From Eledone cirrhosa (taxonomy: Eukaryota): a stretch of 64,000 bases of DNA. Shown in pieces: positions 30,001 to 45,100 of the stretch (positions within the stretch are counted from its first letter, which is position 1; each line of letters starts with the position of its first letter). The DNA lies in NCBI GenBank assembly GCA_964016885.1, contig OZ024755.1, forward strand, positions 44,020,001-44,084,000, in the 5' to 3' direction. The notes below the pieces were generated by a model that made no database searches, was not told the origin of the DNA, and worked only from the letters and a program-made list of their open reading frames with translations. A program made the translations under genes and the position numbers.

Positions 30001-33000
30001 CTGTGTACCATTGTTAAAAGTACCAACATATACCGTGTACCACAGTTGACAGTACCAACATATACTGTGTACCACAGCTGACACTACCAACATATACTTG
30101 TACCTCAGTTAACAGTACTACCATATATTGTGTACCACCGTTGACAATACCAACGTATACTGTGCACCACAGTTGACAATACCAACATATACTGTGTAGC
30201 ACAGTTGACAATACCAGCACATATAGTGTACCACAGTTGACAGTACCAACGTATACTGTGTAGCACAGTTGCCAATGCCAACATATACTGTGTACCACAG
30301 TTGAGAGTACCAACATATACTGTGTAACACAGTTGACAGTACCAACATAGACTGTGTACCACAGTTGACAGTACCAACATATATTGTGTACCACGGTTGA
30401 CAGTACCAACATATACTGTGTACCACAGTTGACAGTACCAACATATACTGTGTACCATAGTTGACATTACCAACGTATATTGTGTACCACAGTTGACAGT
30501 ACCTACATGTACTGTGTACCACAGTTGACAGTACCAACATATACTGTGTACCACAGTTGACAGTACCAACGTATACTGTGTACCACAGTTGACAGTACCA
30601 ACATATAACGTGTACCACAGTTGGCAGTACCATCATATACTGTGTACCACAGTTGACAGTACCAACATATACTGTGTACCACAGTTGACAGTACCAACAT
30701 ATACTGTGTACCATAGTTGACATTACCAACGTATATTGTGTACCACAGTTGACAGTACCAACATACACCGTGTACAAGAGTTGACAGTACCAACATATAC
30801 TGTGTACCACAGTTGCGAGTACCAACATAAACTGTGTACCACAGTTGACAGTACCAACATATACTGTGTACCACAGTTGACAGTACCAACATATACTGTG
30901 TACGACAGTTGACAGTACCAACATATACTGTATACCACAGTTGACAGTACCAACACATACTGTGTACCACAGTTGACAGTACCAACATATACTGTGTACC
31001 ACAGTTGACAGTACCAACATATACTGTGTACCACAGTTGACAGTACCAACATATACTGTGTACCACAGTTCACAGTACCAACGTATACTGTGTACCACTT
31101 TTGACAGTACCAACATATACTGTGTACCACAGTTCACAGTACCAACATATACTGTGTACCACTGTTGACATTATCAACATATAGCGTTTCCCACAGTTGA
31201 CAGTACCAACATATACAATGTACCTCTGTTGACAGTACCAACATATACTGTGTACCACAGTTGACAGTACCAACATGTACCGTGTACCACAGTTGACAGT
31301 ACCAACGTATACTGTGTACCACAGTTGACAATACCAACATATACTGTGTACCACAGTTGAAAGTACCAACGTATACTTTGTACCACAGTTGACAGTACCA
31401 ACATATACTGTGTACCACAGTTGACAGTACCAACGTATACTGTGTACCAGAGTTGACAATACCAACATATACTGTGTACCACAGTTGACAGTACCAACAT
31501 ATACTGTATACCACAGTTGACAGAACCAACATATACAGTGTACCACAGTTGACAGTACCAACATATACTGTGTACCACAGTTGACAGTACCAACATATAC
31601 TGTATACAACAGTTGACAGTACCAACATATACTGTGTACCACTGTTGACAGTACCAACATATACCGTGTACCACAGTTGACAGTACCAACATATACTGTG
31701 TACCACAGCTGACACTACCAACATATACTTGTACCTCAGTTGACAGTACTACCATATATTGTGTACCACCGTTGACAATACCAACGTATACTGTGTACCA
31801 CAGTTGACAGTACCAACACATATAGTGTACCACAGTTGACAGTACCAACGTATACTGTGTACCACAGTTGCCAATGCCAACATATACTGTGTACCACAGT
31901 TGAGAGTACCAACATATACTGTGTACCACAGTTGACAGTACCAACATATACTGTGTACCACAGTTGACAGTACCAACATATACTGTGTACCACAGTTGAC
32001 AGTACCAATGTATACTGTGTACCACTGTTGACAGTACCAAAATATACTGTGTACCACAGTTGACAGTACCAATGTATACTGTGTACCACACTTGACAGTT
32101 CCATCATATAACGTGTACCACAGTTGGCAGTACCATCATATACTGTGTACCACAGTTGACAATACCAACATATACTGTGTACCACAGTTGACAGTACCAA
32201 CATATACTGTGTACCATAGCTGACATTACCAACGTATATTGTGTACCACAGTTGAGAGTACCAACATACACCGTGTACGACAGTTGACAGTACCAACATT
32301 TACTGTGTACCACAGTTGAGAGTACCAACATAAACTGTGTACCACAGTTGACAGTACCAACATATACTGTGTACCACAGTTGACAGTACCAACATATACT
32401 GTATACCACAGTTGACAGTACCAACATATACAGTGTACCACAGTTGACAGTACCAACATATACTGTGTACCACAGTTGACAGTACCAACATATACTGTGT
32501 ACCAGAGTTGACAGTACCAACATATACTGTGTACCACAGTTGACAGTACTAACATATACTGTGTACCACAGTTGTCAGTACCAACATGTACTGTGTACCA
32601 CAGTTGACAGTACCAACATATACTGTGTACCACAGTTGGCAGTACCAACATATACTGTGTACCTCAGTTGACAGTACCAACATATACTGTGTACCACAGT
32701 TGACAGTACCAACGTATATTGTGTACCATAGTTGACAGTACCAACGTATACTGTGTACCACAGTTGACCGTACCAACATATACTGTGTAACACAGTTGAC
32801 AATACCAACATTATAATGTGTACCACAGTTGACAGTACCAACGTATACTGTGTACCACTGTTGACAATACCAACATATACTGTGTACCACAGTCGACAGA
32901 ACCAACATATACTGTGTACCACAGTTGACAGTACCAACATATTCTGTGTACCACAGTTGACAGTACCAACATGTACCGTGAACCACAGTAGACAGTACCA

Positions 33001-36000
33001 ACGTATACTGTGTACCACAGTTGAGAGTACCAACGTATAGTGTGTACCACAGTTGACAGTACCAACATATACTGTGTACCACAGTTCACAGTACCAACGT
33101 ATACTGTGTACCACATTTGACAGTACCAACATATACTGTGTACCACTGTTGACAGTACCAACATATACCGTGTAACACAGTTGACAGTACCAACATATAC
33201 TGTGTACCACTGTTGACAGTACCAACATATACCTTGTACCACAGTTCACAGTACCAACGTATACTGTTTATGTTACCACAGTTGACAGTACCAACATATA
33301 CTGTGTACCACAGTTGAGACTACCAACATATACTGGGTACCACTGTTGACAGTAACAACATATACTATGTACCACAGCTGACAGTACCAACATATACTGT
33401 GTACCACAGTTGACAGTACCAACGTATACTGTGTACCACAGTTGACAGTACCAACGTATACAGGGTACCACATTTGACACTACCAACATATACTGTGTAC
33501 CACAGTTGATAGTACCAACATATACTGTATACCACAGTTGACAGTACCGACATATACTGTGTACCACAGTTGACAATACCAACATATACTTTGTACCACG
33601 GTTGACAGTACCAACGTATACTGTGTACCACTGTTGACAATATCATCATATACTGTGTACCACAGTTGACATTACCAACATATACAGTGTACCACAGTTG
33701 ACAGTACCAACATATACTGTGTACCACAGTTGACAGTACCAACATATACTGTGTACCACAGTTGTCAGTACCAACATGTACTGTGTACCACAGTTGACAG
33801 TACCAACATATACTGTGTACCACAGTTGGCAGTACCAACATATACTGTGTACCTCAGTTGACAGTACCAACATATACTGTGTACCACAGTTGACAGTACC
33901 AACGTATACTGTGTACCACAGTTGACCGTACCAACATATACTGTGTAACACAGTTGACAATACCAACATTATAATGTGTACCACAGTTGACAGTACCAAC
34001 GTATACTGTGTACCACTGTTGACAATACCAACATATACTGTGTACCACAGTCGACAGAACCAACATATACTGTGTACCACAGTTGACAGTACCAACATAT
34101 TCTGTGTACCACAGTTGACAGTACCAACATGTACCGTGAACCACAGTAGACAGTACCAACGTATACTGTGTACCACAGTTGAGAGTACCAACGTATAGTG
34201 TGTACCACAGTTGACAGTACCAACATATACTGTGTACCACAGTTCACAGTACCAACGTATACTGTGTACCACATTTGACAGTACCAACATATACTGTGTA
34301 CCACTGTTGACAGTACCAACATATACCGTGTAACACAGTTGACAGTACCAACATATACTGTGTACCACTGTTGACAGTACCAACATATACCTTGTACCAC
34401 AGTTCACAGTACCAACGTATACTGTTTATGTTACCACAGTTGACAGTACCAACATATACTGTGTACCACAGTTGAGACTACCAACATATACTGGGTACCA
34501 CTGTTGACAGTAACAACATATACTATGTACCACAGCTGACAGTACCAACATATACTGTGTACCACAGTTGACAGTACCAACGTATACTGTGTACCACAGT
34601 TGACAGTACCAACGTATACAGGGTACCACATTTGACACTACCAACATATACTGTGTACCACAGTTGACAGTACCAACATATACTGTATACCACAGTTTAC
34701 AGTACCGACATATACTGTGTACCACAGTTGACAATACCAACATATACTTTGTACCACGGTTGACAGTACCAACGTATACTGTGTACCACTGTTGACAATA
34801 TCATCATATACTGTGTACCACAGTTGACATTACCAACATATACAGTGTACCACAGTTGACAGTACCAACATATACTGTGTACCACAGTTGACAGTACCAA
34901 CATATACTGTGTACCACAGTTGACAGTACCAACAGGTACCGTGAACCATAGTTGACAGTACCAACGTATACTGTGTACCACAGTTGAGAGTACCAGCGTA
35001 TAGTGTGTATCACACTTGACAGTACCAACATATACTGTGTACCACAGTTGACAGTATCAACATATACTGTGTACCATAGTTGACAGTACCAACGTATATT
35101 GTGTACCACAGTTGACAGTACCAACATACACCGTGTACGACAGTTGACAGTACCAACATATACTGTGTACCACATTTGAGAGTACCAACATAAACTGTGT
35201 ACCACAGTTGACAGTACCAACATATACTGTGTACCACAGTTGACAGTACCAACATATACTGTGTACCACAGTTGACAGTACCAACATATACTGTATACCA
35301 CAGTTGACAGTACCAACATATACTGTGTACCACAGTTGACAGTACCAACATATACTGTGTACCACAGTTGACAGTACCAACATATACTGTGTACCACAGT
35401 TGACAGTACTAACATATACTGTGTGCTATAGTTGACAGTACCAACATATACTGTGTAACAGAGTTGACAGTACCAACATGTACTGTGTACCACAGTTGAC
35501 AGTACCAAATATATACTGTGTACCACAGTTGGCAGTACCGACATATAATGCGTACCTCAGTTGACAGAACCAACATATACTGTGTACCACAGTTGACAGT
35601 ACCAACGTATACTGTGTACCACAGTTGACAGTACCAACGTTTACTGTGTACCACAGTTGACAGTACCAATATATACTGTGTAACACAGTTGACAATACCA
35701 ACATATAATGTGTACCATAGTTGACAGTACCAACGTATACTGTGAACCACTGTTGGCAATACCAACATATACTGTGTACCACAGTTGACAGTACCAACAT
35801 ATACAGTGTACCACAGTTGACAGTACCAACATATACTGTGTACCACAGTTGACAGTACCAACATATACTGTATACCACAGTTGACAGTACCAACATGTAC
35901 CGTGAACCACAGTTGACAGTACCAACGTATACTGTGTACCACAGTTGAGAGTACCAACGTATAGTGTGTACCACAGTTGACAGTACCAACATATACTGTG

Positions 36001-39000
36001 TACCACAGTTGACAGTACCAACATATAGTGTGTACCACAGTTCACAGTACCAACGTATACTGTGTACCACATTTGACAGTACCAACATATAATGTGTACC
36101 ACAGTTGACAGTACCAACATATACGGTGTACCACTGTTGACAGTACCAACATATACCGTGTACCAGATTTGACAGTACCAACATATTCTGTGTACCACTG
36201 TTCACAGTACCAACATATACTGTGTACCACAGTTGAAAGTACCAACGTATACTGTGTACCACAGTTGACAACACCAACATATACTGTGTACCACAGTTGA
36301 CAGTACCAACATATACTGTATACCACAGTTGACAGTACCAACATAGACTGTGTACCACAGTTGACAGTACCAACATTTACTGTGTACCACAGTTGACAGT
36401 ACCAACATATACTGTATACCACAGTTGAAAGTACCAACATATACTGTGTACCACTGTTGAAAGTACCAACATATACTGTGTACCACAGTTGACAGTACCA
36501 ACATATACTGTGTACCACAGCTGACACTACCAACATATACTTGTACCTCAGTTAACAGTACTACCATATATTGTGTACCACCGTTGACAATACCAACGTA
36601 TACTGTGAACCACAGTTGACAATACCAACATATACTGTGTACCACAGTTGACAATACCAGCACATATAGTGTACCACAGTTGACAGTACCAACGTATACT
36701 GTGTACCACAGTTGCCAATGCCAACATATACTGTGTACCACAGTTGAGAGTACCAACATATACTGTGTACCACAGTTGACAGTACCAACATATACTGTGT
36801 ACCACAGTTGACAGTACCAACATATACTGTGTACCACGGTTGACAGTACCAACATATACTGTGTACCACAGTTGACAGTACCAACATATACTGTGTACCA
36901 TAGTTGACATTACCAACGTATATTGTGTACCACAGTTGACAGTACCTACATGTACTGTGTACCACAGTTGACAGTACCAACATATACTGTGTATCACAGT
37001 TGACAGTACCAACGTATACTGTGTACCACAGTTGACAGTACCAACATATAACGTGTACCACAGTTGGCAGTACCATCATATACTTTGTACCACAGTTGAC
37101 AGTACCAACATATACTGTGTACCACAGTTGACAGTACCAACATATACTGTGTACCATAGTTGACATTACCAACGTATATTGTGTACCACAGTTGACAGTA
37201 CCAACATACACCGTGTACAAGAGTTGACAGTACCAACATATACTGTGTACCACAGTTGCGAGTACCAACATAAACTGTGTACCACAGTTGACAGTACCAA
37301 CATATACTGTGTACCACAGTTGACAGTACCAACATATACTGTGTACGACAGTTGACAGTACCAACATATACTGTATACCATAGTTACAGTACCAACACAT
37401 ACTGTGTACCACAGTTGACAGTACCAACATATACTGTGTACCACAGTTGACAGTACCAACATATACTGTGTACCACAGTTGACAGTACCAACATATATAG
37501 TGTACCACAGTTGACAGTACTAACATATACTGTGTACTACAGTTGACAGTACCAACATATACTGTGTACCACAGTTGAGAGTACCAACATGTACTGTGTA
37601 CCACAGTTGACAGTACCAACATATACTGTGTACCACAGTTGGCAGTACCAACATATACAGTGTACCACAATTGACAGTACCAACATATACTGTGTACCAC
37701 AGTTGACAGTACCAACATGTACCGTGAACCACAGTTGACAGTACCAACTATACTGTGTACCACAGTTGAGAGTACCAACGTATACTGTGTACCACAGTTG
37801 ACAGTACCAACATATACTGTGTACCACAGTTGACAGTACCAACATATACTGTGTACCACAGTTGACAGTACCAACATATACTGTGTACCATAGTTGACAG
37901 TACCAACGTATATTGTGTACCACAGTTGAGAGTACCAACATACAACGTGTACGACAGTTGACAGTAAAAACATATACTGTGTACCACAGTTGAGAGTACC
38001 AACATAAACTGTGTACCACAGTTGACAGTACCAACATATACTGTGTACCACAGTTGACAGTACCAACATATACTGTGTACCACAGTTGACAGTACCAACA
38101 TATACTGTATACCACAGTTGACAGTACCAACATATACTGTGTACCACAGTTGACAGTACCAACATATACTGTGTACCACAGTTGACAGTACCAACATATA
38201 CTGTGTACCACAGTTGACAGTACTAACATATACTGTGTACTAGAGTTGACAGTACCAACATATACTGTGTACCACAGTTGACAGTACCAACATATACTGT
38301 GTACCACAGTTGGCAGTACCAACATATAATGTGTACCTCAGTTGACGGTACCAACATATACTGTGTACCACAGTTGACAGTACCAACGTATACTGTGTAC
38401 CACAGTTGACAGTACCAACGTATACTATGTACCACAGTTGGCAGTACCAATATATAATGTGTACCTCAGTTGACAGTACCAATATATACTGTGTAACACA
38501 GTTGACAATACCAACATATAATGTGTACCACAGTTGACAGTACCAACGTATACTGTGAACCACTGTTGGCAATACCAACATATACTGTGTACCACAGTTG
38601 ACAGAACCAACATATACAGTGTACCACAGTTGACAGTACCAACATATACTGTGTACCACAGTTGACAGTACCAACATATACTGTGTACCACAGTTGACAG
38701 TACCAACATGTACCGTGAACCACAGTTGACAGTACCAACGTATACTGTGTACCACAGTTGAGAGTACCAACGTATAGTGTGTACCATAGTTGACAGTACC
38801 AACATATACTGTGTACCACAGTTGACAGTACCAACATATACTGTGTACCACAGTTCACAGTACCAACGTATACTGTGTACCACATTTGACAGTACGAACA
38901 TATACTGTGTACCACAGTTGACAGTACCAACATATACTGTGTACCACTTTTGACAGTACCAACATATACCGTGTATCACATTTGACAGTACCAACATGTA

Positions 39001-42000
39001 CTGTGTACCACTGTTGACAGTACCAACATATACTGTGTACCACAGTTGACAGTACCAACATGTACCGTGTACCACAGTTGACAGTACCAACGTATACTGT
39101 GTACCACAGTTGACAATACCAACATATACTGTGTACCACATTTGACAGTACCAACATATACTGTGTACCACAGTTGAAAGTACCAACGTATACTGTGTAC
39201 CACAGTTGACAACACCAACATATACTGTGTACCACAGTTGACAGTACCAACATATACTGTATACCACAGTTGACAGTACCAACATATACTGTGTACCAGA
39301 GTTGACAGTACCAACATATACTGTGTACCACAGTTGACAGTACCAACATATACTGTATACCACAGTTGACAGTACCAACATATACTGTGTACCACTGTTG
39401 ACAGTACCAACATATACAGTGTACCACAGTTGACAGTACCAACATATACTGTGTACCACAGCTGACACTACCAACATATACTTGTACCTCAGTTGACAGT
39501 ACTACCATATATTGTGTACCACCGTTGACAATACCAACGTATACTGTGTACCACAGTTGACAGTACCAAAGTATACTGTGCACCACAGTTGACAGTACCA
39601 ACATATACTGTGTACCACAGTTGACAATACCAACATATACTGTGTACCACAGTTGACAATACCAACACATATAGTGTACCACAGTTGACAATACCAACAC
39701 ATATAGTGTACCACAGTTGACAGTACCAACGTATACTGTGTACCACAGTTGCCAATGCCAACATATACTGTGTACCACAGTTGAGAGTACCAACATGTAC
39801 CGTGTACCACAGTTGACAGTACCAACGTATACTGTGTACCACAGTTGACAGTACCAACGTATACTGTTTACCACAGTTGACAGTACCAACATATACTGTG
39901 TACCACAGTTGACAGTACCAACATATACTGTGTACCACAGTTGACAGTACTAACATATACTGTGTACTACAGTTGACAGTACCAACATATACTGTGTAAC
40001 AGAGTTGACAGTACCAACATGTACTGTGTACCACAGTTGACAGTACCAACATATACTGTGTACCACAGTTGGCAGTACCAACATATAATGTGTACCTCAG
40101 TTGACAGTACCAACACATACTGTGTACCACAGTTGACAGTACCAACGTATACTGTGTACCACAGTTGACAGTACCAACGTTTACTGTGTACCACAGTTGA
40201 CAGTACCAATATATACTGTGTAACACAGTTGACAATACCAACATATAATGTGTACCACAGTTGACAGTACCAACGTATACTGTGAACCACTGTTGGCAAT
40301 ACCAACATATACTGTGTACCACAGTTGACAGTACCAACATATACAGTGTACCACAGTTGACAGTACCAACATATACTGTGTACCACAGTTGACAGTACCA
40401 ACATATACTGTATACCACAGTTGACAGTACCAACATGTAACGTGAACCACAGTTGACAGTACCAACGTATACTGTGTACCACAGTTGAGAGTACCAACGT
40501 ATAGTGTGTACCACAGTTGACAGTACCAACATACACTGTGTACCACAGTTGACAGTACCAACATATACTGTGTACCACAGTTCACAGTACCAACGTATAC
40601 TGTGTACCACATTTGACAGTACCAACATATACTGTGTACCACAGTTGACAGTACCAACATATACGGTGTACCACTGTTGACAGTACCAACATATACCGTG
40701 TACCACATTTGACAGTACCAACATATTCTGTGTACCACTGTTGACAGTACCAACATATACTGTGTACCACAGTTGACAGTACCAACATGCACAGTGTACC
40801 ACAGTTGACAGTACCAACGTATACTGTGTACCACAGTTGACAATACCAACATATACTGTGTACCACAGTTGACAGTACCAACATATACTGTGTACCACAG
40901 TTGAAAGTACCAACGTATACTGTGTACCACAGTTGACAACACCAACATATACTGTGTACCACAGTTGACAGTACCAACATATACTGTATACCACAGTTGA
41001 CAGTACCAACATAGACTGTGTACCACAGTTGACAGTACCAACATATACTGTGTACCACAGTTGACAGTACCAACATATACTGTATACCACAGTTGAAAGT
41101 ACCAACATATACTGTGTACCATTGTTGAAAGTACCAACATATACCGTGTACCACAGTTGACAGTACCAACATATACTGTGTACCACAGCTGACACTACCA
41201 ACATATACTTGTACCTCAGTTAACAGTACTACCATATATTGTGTACCACCGTTGACAATACCAACGTATACTGTGCACCACAGTTGACAATACCAACATA
41301 TACTGTGTAGCACAGTTGACAATACCAGCACATATAGTGTACCACAGTTGACAGTACCAACGTATACTGTGTAGCACAGTTGCCAATGCCAACATATACT
41401 GTGTACCACAGTTGAGAGTACCAACATATACTGTGTAACACAGTTGACAGTACCAACATAGACTGTGTACCACAGTTGACAGTACCAACATATATTGTGT
41501 ACCACGGTTGACAGTACCAACATATACTGTGTACCACAGTTGACAGTACCAACATATACTGTGTACCATAGTTGACATTACCAACGTATATTGTGTACCA
41601 CAGTTGACAGTACCTACATGTACTGTGTACCACAGTTGACAGTACCAACATATACTGTGTACCACAGTTGACAGTACCAACGTATACTGTGTACCACAGT
41701 TGACAGTACCAACATATAACGTGTACCACAGTTGGCAGTACCATCATATACTGTGTACCACAGTTGACAGTACCAACATATACTGTGTACCACAGTTGAC
41801 AGTACCAACATATACTGTGTACCATAGTTGACATTACCAACGTATATTGTGTACCACAGTTGACAGTACCAACATACACCGTGTACAAGAGTTGACAGTA
41901 CCAACATATACTGTGTACCACAGTTGCGAGTACCAACATAAACTGTGTACCACAGTTGACAGTACCAACATATACTGTGTACCACAGTTGACAGTACCAA

Positions 42001-42170
42001 CATATACTGTGTACGACAGTTGACAGTACCAACATATACTGTATACCACAGTTGACAGTACCAACACATACTGTGTACCACAGTTGACAGTACCAACATA
42101 TACTGTGTACCACAGTTGACAGTACCAACATATACTGTGTACCACAGTTGACAGTACCAACATATACTGT
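21075..42170. repeat. Tandem duplication of a ~9954-bp unit (~21075-31060 recopied at ~31030-42170), second copy expanded internally
   Basis: ORF pairs 21116/31070 and 23314/33268 are offset 9954. Pairs 23692/34804 and 25090/36202 are offset 11112. Pairs 26409/37520 and 28378/39489 are offset 11111. The rare marker cattatcaacatatagcgtttccc occurs at ~21215 and ~31169. Confidence 0.93.
32560..34900. repeat. Nested tandem duplication of ~1190 bp with loss of one monomer (net 1158 bp)
   Basis: gttgtcag lies at 32571 and 33761 (offset 1190). gttgaccg lies at 32763 and 33921 (offset 1158). ORFs 32816/33974 and 33268/34426 are offset 1158 = 36x32+6 (one +1 and one +5 monomer). Confidence 0.92.
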
Positions 42171-45100
42171 GTACCACAGTTGACAGTACTAACATATACT
42201 GTGTACTACAGTTGACAGTACCAACATATACTGTGTACCACAGTTGACAGTACCAACATGTACTGTGTACCACAGTTGACAGTACCAACATATACTGTGT
42301 ACCACAGTTGGCAGTACCAACATATACAGTGTACCACAGTTGACAGTACCAACATATACTGTGTACCACAGTTGACAGTACCAACATGTACCGTGAACCA
42401 CAGTTGACAGTACCAACGTATACTGTGTACCACAGTTGAGAGTACCAACGTATAGTGTGTACCACAGTTGACAGTACCAACATATACTGTGTACCACAGT
42501 TGACAGTACCAACATATACTGTGTACCACAGTTCACAGTACCAACGTATACTGTGTACCACATTTGACAGTACCAACATATACTGTGTACCACAGTTGAC
42601 AGTACCAACATATACTGTGTACCACTGTTGACAGTACCAACATATACCGTGTACCACATTTGACAGTACCAACATGTACCGTGAACCACAGTAGACAGTA
42701 CCAACATATACTGTTTACCACTGTTGACAGTACCAACATATACCGTGTAACACAGTTGACAGTACCAACATATACTGTGTACCACTGTTGACAGTACCAA
42801 CATATACCGTGTACCACAGTTCACAGTACCAACGTATACTGTTTATGTTACCACAGTTGACAGTACCAACATATACTGTGTACCACAGTTGAGACTACCA
42901 ACATATACTGGGTACGACTGTTGACAGTAACAACATATACTATGTACCACAGTTGACAGTACCAACATATACTGTGTACCACAGTTGACAGTACCAACGT
43001 ATACTGTGTACGACAGTTGACAGTACCAACGTATACTGGGTACCACATTTGACACTACCAACATATACTGTGTACCACAGTTGACAGTACCAACGTCTAC
43101 TGTGTACCACAGTTGACGATACCAACATATACTGTGTACCACAGTTGACAGTACCAACATATACTGTATACCACAATTGACAGTACCGACATATACTGTG
43201 TACCACAGTTGACAATACCAACATATACTTTGTACCACGGTTGACAGTACCAACGTATACTGTGTACCACTGTTGACAATATCAACATATACTGTTTACC
43301 ACAGTTGACAGTACCAACATATACTGTGTACCACAGTTGACAGTACCAACATATACTGTGTACCACAGTTGACAGTACCAACATATACTGTGTACCACAG
43401 TTGGCAGTACCAACATATAATGTGTACCACAGTTGACAGTACCAACATATACTGTGTACCACAGTTGACATTACCAACATATACTGTGAACCACAGTTGA
43501 CAGTACTAACATATACTGTGTACTACAGTTGACAGTACCAACATATACTGTGTACCACAGTTGACAGTACCAACATATACTGTGTACCACAGTTGACAGT
43601 ACCAACATATACTGTGTACCACAGTTGAGAGTACCAACATACACCGTGTACGACAGTTGACAGTAAAAACATATACTGTGTACCACAGTTGAGAGTACCA
43701 ACAAACTGTGTACCACAGTTGACAGTACCAACATATACTGTGTACCACAGTTGACAGTACCAACATATACTGTGTACCACAGTTGACAGTACCAACATAT
43801 ACTGTATACCACAGTTGACAGTACCAACATATACTGTGTACCACAGTTGACAGTACCAACATATACTGTGTACCACAGTTGACAGTACCAACATATACTG
43901 TGTACCACAGTTGACAGTACTAACATATACTGTGTACTACAGTTGACAGTACCAACATATATTGTGTACCACAGTTGACAGTACCAACATATACTGTGTA
44001 CCACAGTTGGCAGTACCAACATATAATGTGTACCTCAGTTGACAGTACCAACATATACTGTGTACCACAGTTGAAAGTACCAACGTATACTGTGTACCAC
44101 AGTTGACAGTACCAACGTATACTATGTACCACAGTTGACAGTACCAATATATACTGTGTAACACAGTTGACAATACCAACATATAATGTGTACCACAGTT
44201 GACAGTACCAACGTATACTTTGAACCACTGTTGGCAATACCAACATATACTGTGTACTACAGTTGACAGAACCAACATATACAGTGTACCACAGTTGACA
44301 GTACCAACATATACTGTGTACCACAGTTGACAGTACCAACATATACTGTGTACCACAGTTGACAGAACCAACATGTACCGTGAACCACAGTTGACAGTAC
44401 CAACGTATACTGTGTACCACAGTTGAGAGTACCAAAGTATAGTGTGTACCACAGTTGACAGTACCAACATATACTGTGTACCACAGTTGACAGTACCAAC
44501 ATATACTGTGTACCACAGTTGACAGTACCAACATATACTGTGTACCACAGTTGACAGTACTAACATATACTGTGTACTAGAGTTGACAGTACCAACATAT
44601 ACTGTGTACCACAGTTGACAGTACCAACATATACTGTGTACCACAGTTGGCAGTACCAACATATAATGTGTACCTCAGTTGACGGTACCAACATATACTG
44701 TGTACCACAGTTGACAGTACCAACGTATACTGTGTACCACAGTTGACAGTACCAACGTATACTATGTACCACAGTTGGCAGTACCAATATATAATGTGTA
44801 CCTCAGTTGACAGTACCAATATATACTGTGTAACACAGTTGACAATACCAACATATAATGTGTACCACAGTTGACAGTACCAACGTATACTGTGAACCAC
44901 TGTTGGCAATACCAACATATACTGTGTACCACAGTTGACAGAACCAACATATACAGTGTACCACAGTTGACAGTACCAACATATACTGTGTACCACAGTT
45001 GACAGTACCAACATATACTGTGTACCACAGTTGACAGTACCAACATGTACCGTGAACCACAGTTGACAGTACCAACGTATACTGTGTACCACAGTTGAGA

